This document shows positions 1 to 8,755 of a stretch of DNA of 64,000 nt, piece after piece (the first letter of the stretch is position 1; the number at the start of each line of letters is the position of its first letter). The stretch is from Flavihumibacter sp. (GTDB lineage Bacteria > Bacteroidota > Bacteroidia > Chitinophagales > Chitinophagaceae), in assembly GCA_031553495.1 (NCBI GenBank), contig JAVBLN010000045.1, forward strand, positions 10,174 through 74,173, in the 5' to 3' direction. The position numbers were made by a program, and so were the translations under genes. Under the pieces are notes generated by a model that saw only the letters and a program-made list of their open reading frames with translations, ran no database searches and was not told where the DNA came from.

Positions 1-1264
1 CAGTAAGGCTTACAGTTCCAATTGTGAACCGCGGACTGCGACCCTTAGAGATCAATGTACTGGTTACAATGGGGCCCCAACCGCCACCGCCAAATGAATC
101 AAAAAAACCACCCGCAGCAGCAAGCCAGCCTACACGTTTAATTTTCTTATTTACAGCAACAACAATAAATGCTTTTCGCAAAATTTTTACACCCAGGAAA
201 AAAGCATAACACGCGATGGCGGGCATCAACCATTTACCATACTTATCACCTAACCAAACCAACATCAATGCACCGGCCACCGCGCCTATAACACCTGGTA
301 TTACCAAATGCCGGAACAACTTTTTATTTACATTCCCAAATCTATAATGACTATAGCCGGAAGCGGCTGTGGTAAACATTTCCGCGGTATGAATACTGGC
401 GCTTACCGAAACAGGATTTACACCCATAGAAATTAAACAGGTGGCAGATGTAACGCCATAGCCCATTCCCAAAGAACCATCTACCATTTGCGCTAAAAAA
501 CCGGCAAGTATAAACAATATAAAATGATAATCAAGCTGACTGTATAAATCGCTGAAAACCTCTTCCACCGCGGAGAAAGGAATAACACTAAAAACAGCAT
601 GACCTAATATCATAAATCCGAAAGCCGCTATACAGTAGGTGGCTACACGTTTCCAGTTGGGTTCTTTTTTTTGCGACGGATGATTGTTTACCAATACTTG
701 CGTTATATGATCCAGCTTCTTTACTTTCTGTTGAAAGTTTCCATTTAGCCGGCTACGAATTGTGCTCATGTTTTCCAGCACATTATCCATTTCAGTAGGA
801 ATACTTTCATTCAATAATTCTTTGATACGCTTGGCCACAGTGGGCGATTTACCATTAGTACTAACCGCAATTTTTAAATGACCTTTATTTACAATACTGC
901 TTAAATAAAAATCGCACAACTCAGGAGTATCAACTACATTAGCCAACACACCTTTTTTTTCTGCCGCTTTTTTTACTTCAGTATTTAATAGCGCATCTGC
1001 TGTAGCAGCGATTACCAAGTCTTTTCCGTTAAGATCTTCCGGTTCAAAAGGCTTTTGCAACAATAGAATATTTTTGTTATCAGCAGCCAGTTCTCTTATA
1101 GCTTCACTTATTTCTTTTGCTACCACAGTAACTCTTGCGCCAGGCGAACAGGTTATTACAGAGTGCATTTTTTCTGTACCCACCAAACCTCCACCCACTA
1201 TCAACAGATGCAGATTTTCGAGCTTTAAAAAAACCGGGTATAAATTATTTCTAGTTTGTGTCAT
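1..1264 (-). CDS. SirC/CysG-N-like precorrin-2 dehydrogenase/sirohydrochlorin ferrochelatase domain fused to a TSUP (TauE/SafE) membrane transporter domain; C-terminus lies beyond the window start
   Basis: Absent from the ORF track because the frame is open at the window edge. Manual reverse-complement translation from ATG 1264 gives MTQTRNNLYPVFLKLENLHLLIVGGGLVGTEKMHSVITCSPGARVTVVAKEISEAIRELAADNKNILLLQKPFEPEDLNGKDLVIAATAD (Rossmann GGGxVG, SirC-like). It continues in frame into ...LAQMVDGSLGMGYGVTSATCLISMGVNPVSVSASIHTAEMFTTAASGYSHYRFGNV...GGGGWGPIVTSTLIS (TSUP-like). No stop was seen down to nt 1. Confidence 0.7.
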   Translation of the reverse strand, partial: MTQTRNNLYPVFLKLENLHLLIVGGGLVGTEKMHSVITCSPGARVTVVAKEISEAIRELAADNKNILLLQKPFEPEDLNGKDLVIAATADALLNTEVKKAAEKKGVLANVVDTPELCDFYLSSIVNKGHLKIAVSTNGKSPTVAKRIKELLNESIPTEMDNVLENMSTIRSRLNGNFQQKVKKLDHITQVLVNNHPSQKKEPNWKRVATYCIAAFGFMILGHAVFSVIPFSAVEEVFSDLYSQLDYHFILFILAGFLAQMVDGSLGMGYGVTSATCLISMGVNPVSVSASIHTAEMFTTAASGYSHYRFGNVNKKLFRHLVIPGVIGAVAGALMLVWLGDKYGKWLMPAIACYAFFLGVKILRKAFIVVAVNKKIKRVGWLAAAGGFFDSFGGGGWGPIVTSTLISKGRSPRFTIGTVSLT

Positions 1265-1274
1265 TCTTATTTTT

Positions 1275-1345
1275 GAATCATTGAATCATTGAATTATTTA
1301 ATAAATACTGTCACTCATAACTCACCACTCATAACTCCTCACTCC
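1275..1345. repeat. Short-period module block (AATCATTGA array then CTCATAACTCA array)
   Basis: gaatcattgaatcattgaatta (1275-1296) and cactcataactcaccactcataactcctcactcc (1312-1345). Together they fill the 84-bp gap between the TonB receptor stop and the sirC::TSUP start. Confidence 0.8.
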
Positions 1346-1348
1346 TTC

Positions 1349-4333
1349 TCAGTTTCCCTGCAATAATCCATCTACAATAATTGTCGCATAATATAATCCT
1401 CCAATTGTTGGTCCGCCTGCGTATTGATAAAATCTTTTGTTCAACAAATTCGCTCCGCCAATTTTTATGCTGCTTCTCAACTTTGGAATGGTAAATGTTA
1501 TTTGCGCATCAATTGTATTGTAAGCAGGCACCAAACCTGTTACCAGCGGGCTTTCCCAAAGGAAAGCATCCTGCCATTTCCACACTATATTAAAGCCGAT
1601 GTTATCAATAACTTCTCTATTCCCAAGCGATATATTCGTCGTCCATTTAGGCGTATTGAATGCGGTGATAAATACATCGCTTGTAGCATTCGATTTTATA
1701 TCGTTATAGTTTATATTTCCGGATATAGTGAATTTCCTGTAAAAATTATATGTCAGGCCCAATGATGAACCATAACTATGGTAAGTGTTTCTTGCATTTG
1801 TGTAAACCCTGTACCGGTCTTGCCCCTTACTTGCTGCATTTCCGCCACCGGCCGTAGTGGCGTCGCGGTTACGGTCTATCATTGCTATTACAGCCGCGTC
1901 AGTTCCAACTGTTTCTCCTTTTGGTACAAACACCTGCACCTGCCCCAAAAATCCATCATACACATTTGAATACGCGTCTACATCAAGGATCACTTTATTA
2001 TTAAAGAGTACAGTTTTATAACCCACTTCAAATGAATTTATTCTTTCCGGACGAGCATCCGGCAAATTGGCTACTACCAACAGGTTTCTGTTAGCCAATG
2101 CGGCCTGATCGGTATTACCGGCAGCCTTAACCGACGCGTTAAAGTTAACAACCGAAGACTGGGTATAACTGTTATTAAGATAACCCAGGCCATCGTTGAT
2201 ATATGGAAGACTGCCAACACGCTTTACACGTCCGTTGTTCACGTAAGAAAGCGCTTCGAACAATGCAGGAAAACGATAGCCCTGCTGATAGGTAACACGA
2301 AAGTTATGAACTTTATTAAGCGTGTACACTGCGGCCACACGTGGTGTAAACTTTCCGGTAAATTCAGGATTATAATCATATCGCAACGAACCGAATAGTT
2401 TTAATTTTTCCTCAAAGAAAGTCTTTGTGATTTGCGCGAAAGCTCCAAACTTTTTATAATACACATTGCTTCCAAAGTTGCTTGAATCCGGCACTTTACC
2501 ATCTACCTGCACAGGCTTGTTACGTTCATCAATGGGGCGGCTAAAGTCAACAAAATTATTTCCGTCGGGTATAATTTCATACACCCTGGCATCTGCCCCA
2601 ACCAATAAATTAAAAAACTTTACTCTTCTTGTAATATCCCATTGACCTTCGGCATGATACATCCTGCTTTTCTGAATCAACGCCGCTCCACCGGTTACAG
2701 GCGCATCCGGTATAGAGCCGGATCTTATATCCCAATTATTTATGTGACGAATGGTGTTAACCAAATTGTTAAAACCCGCAGTACCGGGTTCCGCACGTCC
2801 GGCATCCGCTTGCCCGCAGGCAAATTGTGTAGCGGCAGCAAGATTTCCGGAAGTTAACGCGCCGCCATTTTGCGCGGCATAATTCAACAAAGCAGTTTTA
2901 TATTTGTCACTCCAAGCACTAGCACTTCCTCCGCTATATAATTCAAGATTATCAGCCAAAGGTTTTACATTATAAGAATCGCCTGTATTTTCAAGCGATA
3001 CATAAGTGCGTACAAGAAACTCATCACTCTTCAATTCCAGCTTATGATTTTGTACATGTACATTATCCAATTGTATTTTATTGCCGCGCTGAAATACTCC
3101 ATCCATTTTGCCAAACCGATAGCTGTAGGAAATTTCAGTTTTTGGAGAAATCCTATAAAATAACGAAGCATCCAATTTTAAATTATCAATAACAGGACTC
3201 ACAAGATCTTTTTCCCAATAACCAGTTCTTGCTACCGTTAAGGTTTGATTGTTTTGTCCGTTAATCGTCAGCCCTGTTATGGATACAGTATTACTACCTG
3301 CCAGCGCATCATCACCATATTTGTTCCATCCGTCATATACCGTATTGTTTGCACCATTTAATTCCGGGAAAGAGGGATTTGCCGATTTTAAATTATTAGG
3401 ATTTTGATCAGCAGTATTATTAGATCTCCAATCAATACCATGCAAATAAGCGGCATTAATTTTAAATGCGAACTTGTTCTTAAACGCTTTAGCAAATCGA
3501 ATAGCCGTCTCTGTTAGTATTGCCGGAGAATGATCAATTCCGTCCACATGATTCACTCCGGTTCTTTGATAAACGCTCAACCCCTGGTACTGAAATGGAT
3601 TCTTTGTAATCAGGTTTGCCATACCATTAATTGCATTCATGCCATATAGCGCGGAGGCAGCGCCGGGAGTAATTTCCACGGTTTGAATATCAAGATCTGT
3701 GGGACCAATAGCGTTACCAAGCGGCACGCCAAGCGTAGCAGCCTGCATATCCACGCCATCTACCAACTGCATAAAGCGGAAATTATTCGGAATGTTAAAT
3801 CCTCTTGTGTTCGGAACTTTAAACGTAAGTGAAGATGTAGTAAGCTGAACACCTTTTACATTACCCAAAGCATCATAAAAAGATGGCGAGGGTGTTTCCT
3901 TCAGCGCTCTGATATCCAGCTTTTCAATAGCCACCGGAGAACGTAATATTCTTTCGGACTGGCGGCTGGCGGTTACCACCACTTCATTTGCATAAAACGT
4001 TTGTGTAAATAGTTGTACGCGTATTTTATCGTTTACGGTTTTCACATTCACTTCTTTAGGCGCAAAGCCCACGCCGGTTATTACTAGTACAAATGGAAGT
4101 TGTTTTGCTGTTATTAATTTAAAATTTCCCAGGCTGTCAGTTGTTGTTCCGGTTTGTGCACCTCTTATTTGTACGGAAATTCCATCAATAGGCAATTGCC
4201 TGTCATCTACTACTTTGCCCGATACCTGGATGGCTCCATTAAGCTGAGCCTGAGCGTTGTTTAATATAAAATATGTCGATATTGTTATCAAGATAACAAA
4301 TCTTGTTTTGTTAAGTATTAATAGTCGTTGCAT
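1349..4333 (-). CDS. TonB-dependent receptor with CarboxypepD_reg-like N-terminal domain
   Basis: 994-aa ORF with ATG at 4333. Signal-like N-terminus, CarboxypepD_reg-like stretch (IQVSGKVVDDRQLPIDGISVQIRGAQTGTTTDSLGNFKL), plug (VVVTASRQSERILRSPVAIEKLDIRAL) and a long beta-barrel. No SusD-like gene follows. Confidence 0.85.
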   Translation of the reverse strand: MQRLLILNKTRFVILITISTYFILNNAQAQLNGAIQVSGKVVDDRQLPIDGISVQIRGAQTGTTTDSLGNFKLITAKQLPFVLVITGVGFAPKEVNVKTVNDKIRVQLFTQTFYANEVVVTASRQSERILRSPVAIEKLDIRALKETPSPSFYDALGNVKGVQLTTSSLTFKVPNTRGFNIPNNFRFMQLVDGVDMQAATLGVPLGNAIGPTDLDIQTVEITPGAASALYGMNAINGMANLITKNPFQYQGLSVYQRTGVNHVDGIDHSPAILTETAIRFAKAFKNKFAFKINAAYLHGIDWRSNNTADQNPNNLKSANPSFPELNGANNTVYDGWNKYGDDALAGSNTVSITGLTINGQNNQTLTVARTGYWEKDLVSPVIDNLKLDASLFYRISPKTEISYSYRFGKMDGVFQRGNKIQLDNVHVQNHKLELKSDEFLVRTYVSLENTGDSYNVKPLADNLELYSGGSASAWSDKYKTALLNYAAQNGGALTSGNLAAATQFACGQADAGRAEPGTAGFNNLVNTIRHINNWDIRSGSIPDAPVTGGAALIQKSRMYHAEGQWDITRRVKFFNLLVGADARVYEIIPDGNNFVDFSRPIDERNKPVQVDGKVPDSSNFGSNVYYKKFGAFAQITKTFFEEKLKLFGSLRYDYNPEFTGKFTPRVAAVYTLNKVHNFRVTYQQGYRFPALFEALSYVNNGRVKRVGSLPYINDGLGYLNNSYTQSSVVNFNASVKAAGNTDQAALANRNLLVVANLPDARPERINSFEVGYKTVLFNNKVILDVDAYSNVYDGFLGQVQVFVPKGETVGTDAAVIAMIDRNRDATTAGGGNAASKGQDRYRVYTNARNTYHSYGSSLGLTYNFYRKFTISGNINYNDIKSNATSDVFITAFNTPKWTTNISLGNREVIDNIGFNIVWKWQDAFLWESPLVTGLVPAYNTIDAQITFTIPKLRSSIKIGGANLLNKRFYQYAGGPTIGGLYYATIIVDGLLQGN

Positions 4334-4490
4334 GTAGAAAGCAGTTACTTTTGGAGAATATGTTCAATGAAAAAGCGATTGAATGTTTGAATCATCCTTG
4401 CGGAGATTTGCATGTACTAATAATTAGCCCTCACGGGCAACATTTATCGCTACAAGTGAATGCACATATAAAGGTTACTTTTTTCATAAA

Positions 4491-4564
4491 TCTACTAAAT
4501 AGATAGAGTATTTGGTATCACAAAAATAACAGACTATTTTTATTATCCTACTAAACTGATAGAT
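4491..4564. promoter_or_regulatory. Pair of 18-nt direct repeats upstream of the TonB receptor gene
   Basis: tctactaaatagatagag (4491-4508) and cctactaaactgatagat (4547-4564), with 56 nt between their starts. They lie 158-231 nt upstream of ATG 4333 (minus strand). Confidence 0.3.
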
Positions 4565-4656
4565 TATTTTTTAAATTCATAAGTTAAAAAATCAACAAAA
4601 ATAAATCTCAAAAAATAAACTGCCTGCTAAAACAATGAATCTATTGATTTTACCGT

Positions 4657-4730
4657 TCAATAGATATTCACTGTTGAACGGAGCGTCGCAACTGAAGCTC
4701 AATCGAGATTCTATAGCTGACATCCAAAAT
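4657..4730 (-). repeat. Interspersed repeat core unit, R orientation, subtype V2
   Basis: ttcaatagatattcactgttgaacgGAGCGTCGCAACtgaagctcaatcgagattctatagctgacatcc, lying between the cysD stop and the TonB receptor start. The F-form hairpin is CAGCU-AUA-GAAUCUC-GAUU-GAGCUUC-AGUUG. Confidence 0.8.
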
Positions 4731-4763
4731 GAACTACCGGCAGTTCAGGTTTTGATTATCTAC

Positions 4764-5672
4764 TTAAAAATATCCATCCTTTTTGCGTTGTTCCATGGCC
4801 GCTTCGCTGCGCTGATCGTCCATGCGAGCGCCACGCTCAGAAATTTTTGCAGCCAGAATTTCATGAATAATATCATCAATATTATCTGCAACGGATGCAA
4901 CAGCCGCAGTGCAAGTCATATCGCCAACTGTACGAAAGCGAACCTTTTGAGAAAACGGAATCTCCTGTTCTGTGGTATTTAAAAAATCGGAGTATGGCCA
5001 TAAATTACCATCTCGTGTAATCACCTGCCGCTCGTGAGAAAAATAAATAGACGGTATCTGCAAACCTTCTTCACGTATATACGTCCACACATCCAACTCA
5101 GTCCAGTTGCTAATTGGAAACACTCTCACATTTTCACCGCGGTTAATTTTTCCATTCAGCATGCCAAACAATTCCGGTCGTTGTTTTTTAGGATCCCATT
5201 GCCCGAAATCATTGCGTACGGAAAATATGCGTTCTTTGGCACGGGCTTTTTCTTCATCTCTCCTGGCGCCGCCAATACACGCATCAAACTTAAATTCTTC
5301 AATAGCATCAAGCAAGGTTACGGTTTGCAAGGCATTCCGGCTTGCGTATTTTCCTGTTTCTTCTTTCACTTTTCCTTCATTAATGCTATCCTGCACATAA
5401 CGAACAATAAGTTCCGCGCCGGTTTCATTTATAAGCCAGTCGCGAAATTCAAGTGTTTCAAAAAAATTATGACCAGTATCCACATGCAATAAAGGGAACG
5501 GAATTTTTCCCGGCCAGAAAGCTTTTTGCGCCAGCCTCACAAGGGTTATAGAGTCTTTACCACCGCTAAACAACAATACAGGACGCTCAAATTGCGCAGC
5601 TACTTCTCTCATGATGTAGATACTTTCATCCTCAAGGCTGCGTGGAAAAGACGGAATTCTTTTTTCAGACAT
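4764..5672 (-). CDS. cysD: Sulfate adenylyltransferase subunit 2
   Basis: 302-aa ORF with ATG at 5672. ATP-PPase/PAPS-reductase fold motifs LLFSGGKDSITLVRLA and HVDTGHNF. Length and C-terminus (RMDDQRSEAAMEQRKKDGYF) are typical of CysD. Confidence 0.9.
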   Translation of the reverse strand: MSEKRIPSFPRSLEDESIYIMREVAAQFERPVLLFSGGKDSITLVRLAQKAFWPGKIPFPLLHVDTGHNFFETLEFRDWLINETGAELIVRYVQDSINEGKVKEETGKYASRNALQTVTLLDAIEEFKFDACIGGARRDEEKARAKERIFSVRNDFGQWDPKKQRPELFGMLNGKINRGENVRVFPISNWTELDVWTYIREEGLQIPSIYFSHERQVITRDGNLWPYSDFLNTTEQEIPFSQKVRFRTVGDMTCTAAVASVADNIDDIIHEILAAKISERGARMDDQRSEAAMEQRKKDGYF

Positions 5673-5762
5673 TCTTCTTCGTTTAATTTAAATCTCGTTT
5701 ACTCAATTGATCAGTATTCATTACTGATGTATGTTTTCTAAAATTATTTTTATTGTCACTTT

Positions 5763-6488
5763 TTATTTTACCACTGTTTGCACACTATGCAATCCGCATT
5801 CTTTTTGCGATGTTTCCCACCACCACCTTCCGGCTCTTATGTCTTCTCCGGGTTGAATGGCACGAGTGCAAGGCTGGCAGCCAATACTCAAAAATCCCTT
5901 ATCATGCAATGGATTATAAGGGATGTTATTGGTTGCAATGTATTGCAATAATTGCTCAAAAGTCCACTCGATTAGTGGATTAATTTTTACTAAGCCTCTT
6001 CCGCTATCCCATTCAGCCACCTGCATCTCATGCCTGTTGGCAGATTGATCTGCACGCAATCCTGTTATCCATATCTTCGCATTTTGCAATGCACGATTAA
6101 GCGGTTCCACCTTGCGTATATAACAACACTCTTTGCGGTTTTCAACAGACTCATAAAAACTATTCATTCCTTTCGTGTTCACCATTTCCTCTACTTTTGA
6201 AGCATCAGGAAAATAAGCCTTTACAGGAACTTTATATCTTGCCATTGTTTTGTCAATCAACTCATATGTTTCCTGGAAAAGCCGCCCCGTATCAAGCGTA
6301 AATATTTTTACGGGAAGTTGTTGCTTTGCAATCATGTGAGTAATAACCTGGTCTTCCTGTCCTAAAGATGTTGAAAAAACAACACCTTCCGGATAAAGCG
6401 AAACGATTTTTCTTAAACGCTCTTCCGCAGATAATGGTTGCAATGCCGTGATTACATCCTGCAAAATTTTAGCAAAGCTTTCATTCAT
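5763..6488 (-). CDS. cysH: Thioredoxin-dependent adenylyl-sulfate (APS)/PAPS reductase, Fe-S-type motif set
   Basis: The track ORF 5763-6515 begins at a TTG. In-frame ATGs lie at 6512 and 6488 (MNESFAKILQDV...), and I prefer 6488. The protein carries ECCYIRK plus GCQPC (the CC...CxxC motif of Fe-S APS reductases) and a C-terminal ECGLH catalytic motif. Confidence 0.85.
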   Translation of the reverse strand: MNESFAKILQDVITALQPLSAEERLRKIVSLYPEGVVFSTSLGQEDQVITHMIAKQQLPVKIFTLDTGRLFQETYELIDKTMARYKVPVKAYFPDASKVEEMVNTKGMNSFYESVENRKECCYIRKVEPLNRALQNAKIWITGLRADQSANRHEMQVAEWDSGRGLVKINPLIEWTFEQLLQYIATNNIPYNPLHDKGFLSIGCQPCTRAIQPGEDIRAGRWWWETSQKECGLHSVQTVVK

Positions 6489-6524
6489 GATCAATGTTTT
6501 TATTATAAACATCAAAATTAAAAA

Positions 6525-7436
6525 CTAAAACAATCCCTCAATTGACAAATACCGCTCGCCGGTATCATAATTAAATGTAAGAACTGTACTGCCTTCCGGA
6601 ATTTCATTTATCTTTTTTGCAACTGCGGCAAATGCCGCGCCGCTTGATATTCCAACAAACAATCCTTCTTCTTTGGCTGCACGCTGCGTAAAATCAAACG
6701 CTTCGTCTTTACTAATTTGAATTACGCCATCTAGCAATTCCATCTTTAAAATGGAAGGAACAAATCCCGCGCCTAAACCCTGTAATGGATGCGGGCCGGG
6801 ACTTCCGCCACTTAATACAGGCGATAATTCCGGCTCCACAGCAAACACTTTCAGGTTTGGAAATTTTGATTTCAACACTTCAGCCACACCTGTAATATGG
6901 CCGCCTGTTCCTACACCTGTTATAAGATAATCAATACCACCCGGAAAATCATTAACTATTTCAAGCGCAGTTGTATTGCGGTGTATCTCAGTATTGGCCT
7001 CGTTATTAAACTGCTGCGGCATCCACGCATTCGGTATCAACTGTACTAATTCCGTAGCTTTTTCAATAGCCCCTTTCATACCTTTTTCCCGCGGTGTTAG
7101 CTCAAACGATGCGCCATACAACTGCATCAGCCTTCTGCGTTCAACACTCATACTTTCCGGCATTACCAAAATTATTTTATACCCTTTCACCGCTGCCACC
7201 ATTGCAAGTCCAATGCCTGTGTTGCCCGATGTTGGTTCTATAATCACACTGTCTTTATGCAGCACTCCTTTCCTTTCAGCGTCTTCAATCATTGCAAGAG
7301 CAATGCGGTCTTTTATGCTTGCTCCCGGATTGCTGCGTTCAAGCTTTACATACACCTTATGTTTATCGCCAAACAATCTGTTGATCTTCACATGAGGTGT
7401 GTTTCCAATAGTTTCCAGAATGTTGTTAGCTACCAT
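6525..7436 (-). CDS. cysK: Cysteine synthase A (O-acetylserine sulfhydrylase)
   Basis: PLP-fold motifs [26 protein letters not shown] and [10 protein letters not shown]. The track ORF extends to 7547 only by reading through repeat unit 7493-7572 ([10 protein letters not shown]...). ATG 7436 ([17 protein letters not shown]) is the plausible start. Confidence 0.9.
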   Translation of the reverse strand: MVANNILETIGNTPHVKINRLFGDKHKVYVKLERSNPGASIKDRIALAMIEDAERKGVLHKDSVIIEPTSGNTGIGLAMVAAVKGYKIILVMPESMSVERRRLMQLYGASFELTPREKGMKGAIEKATELVQLIPNAWMPQQFNNEANTEIHRNTTALEIVNDFPGGIDYLITGVGTGGHITGVAEVLKSKFPNLKVFAVEPELSPVLSGGSPGPHPLQGLGAGFVPSILKMELLDGVIQISKDEAFDFTQRAAKEEGLFVGISSGAAFAAVAKKINEIPEGSTVLTFNYDTGERYLSIEGLF

Positions 7437-7492
7437 TTCACTAAATTTTAAATTCTCTTTTATTATTAATAAGCACAATAATCGGTTCGTGC

Positions 7493-7843
7493 TTTTTATT
7501 ATGATACCGGCATTTGTGCTACTATTAAGCATCGTTGTGTCACTCACTTCAACTTTTAGTTCTTTAATCAGCTATACTACATGCAGCATAAGTTTATGCA
7601 TGAATGCTATTGGGCAGCCTCATCCCCGGCCCTTCTCCAAAGGAAAAGGGAGCCCGGCGCACAAAGCGGATATTCGTGGTCACAACAATTCTTTCACCAT
7701 TCATCCTTACCCGTTTTTAGTGGCTCATGCATCTCTCACTCATAACTCATAACTCACTACTCGATGAATAGCATTACTACCGTACAAGTGAGTGACACAA
7801 CGATGCTTAATAGTAGCAATACCGCTGGTTCCCACACAAAAAA
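7493..7843. repeat. Inverted doublet of repeat units (F 7493-7572, R 7765-7843, both V1) with mosaic spacer
   Basis: Left unit ...ccggcatttgtgctactattaagcatcgttgtgtcactcacttc...; right unit gaatagcattactaccgtacaagtgagtgacacaacgatgcttaatagtagcaataccgctgg. The spacer and right unit (7601-7843) are collinear with the 15137-15383 part of doublet 15074-15383, including the cctcatccccggcccttctccaaaggaaaagggagcc, attcgtggtcacaa and ctcataactcataactca modules. Confidence 0.9.
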
Positions 7844-7931
7844 TCTTTGCACATTTTCATGCTGTATAAAGTAAAAAATAAAGAACTAAATTCAATAGCA
7901 GCAGCTACTGCAGGAATTTTGTCAGCAATTT

Positions 7932-8744
7932 CTATATCACCCAGTTCAATGGTTCATTATAATCTTTTTTATCTTTCACTATTACCACAGGTTGATGATA
8001 TGCCACACTATAAGCCGGCACACTGTATGTGATAAAACAGTTGCCGCCAATTACCGATTCGCGCCCAATTACAGTATCGCCGCCAAGTATAGTACTGTTG
8101 GCATAAATAATCACACCATCTTCAATAGTAGGATGGCGCTGCCCTGTGAGCGTTTTCTTTACAGCCAACGCACCAATGGTAACACCCTGATACAACTTCA
8201 CATTCTTACCTATAACGGTTGTTTCACCAATCACTATACCGGTTCCGTGATCAATAATAAAAGGCACGCCAATAGTGGCACCGGGATGAATATCGATGCC
8301 TGTTACGGAGTGCGCCCATTCGGTAATAATGCGCGGCACTATGGGCAATTTTAACTGACATAATTTATGAGCGATCCTATATGCCGCCACCGCTAAAAAA
8401 CCGGGATATGTAATGATCACTTCATCAATGCTTTTAGCTGCCGGATCAAACTCCAGTATAGCGTTTGCATCTTCTACCAGCTTTTCTTTTATCTCATTAA
8501 GTGATGCCAGGAACGGATCGCAAATATTTGCTTCGTAGTATTTACTTTTCTCATCGAATGAATACAATATATCCAGCAAGCTATTTTTTAATGCCTCGGC
8601 CTTGCGCTGATGCCGGTTTAAAAAAGCCTGCTCATTTTCCACGATCGGAAAAAGATAATTGATCACTTCCTGTGCAAATTGAATCACCGCCTCTTTTTGA
8701 GGAATGCTTTTACTTAATAAATATCCCGGATACTGACTGGCCAT
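7932..8744 (-). CDS. cysE: Serine O-acetyltransferase
   Basis: 270-aa ORF with ATG at 8744. Left-handed beta-helix hexapeptide repeats (GATIGVPFIIDHGTGIVIGETTVIGKNVKLYQGVTIG...HPTIEDGVIIYANSTILGG) follow an alpha-helical SAT N-domain. It lies between cobA and cysK. Confidence 0.8.
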   Translation of the reverse strand: MASQYPGYLLSKSIPQKEAVIQFAQEVINYLFPIVENEQAFLNRHQRKAEALKNSLLDILYSFDEKSKYYEANICDPFLASLNEIKEKLVEDANAILEFDPAAKSIDEVIITYPGFLAVAAYRIAHKLCQLKLPIVPRIITEWAHSVTGIDIHPGATIGVPFIIDHGTGIVIGETTVIGKNVKLYQGVTIGALAVKKTLTGQRHPTIEDGVIIYANSTILGGDTVIGRESVIGGNCFITYSVPAYSVAYHQPVVIVKDKKDYNEPLNWVI

Positions 8745-8755
8745 ACTTTTTCAAT

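Noticed and set aside
4334-4763. Possible degraded cysN pseudogene in the 430-bp gap after cysD.
   Set aside because: Reading the minus strand in all three frames, I saw no GTPase motifs (for example GSVDDGKST) and no extended open frame. The gap consists of a repeat unit, AT-rich DNA and direct repeats. It is also far too short for a 420-470-aa CysN.
7437-7547. N-terminal 37 residues of the 340-aa track ORF for cysK ([24 protein letters not shown]...).
   Set aside because: This stretch is the translation of repeat unit 7493-7572. The same peptide-like strings (VSDTTMLNS...) appear wherever the repeat is read in that frame (15058-15267, 20984-21166, 41438-41635). CysK homology starts at the ATG at 7436.
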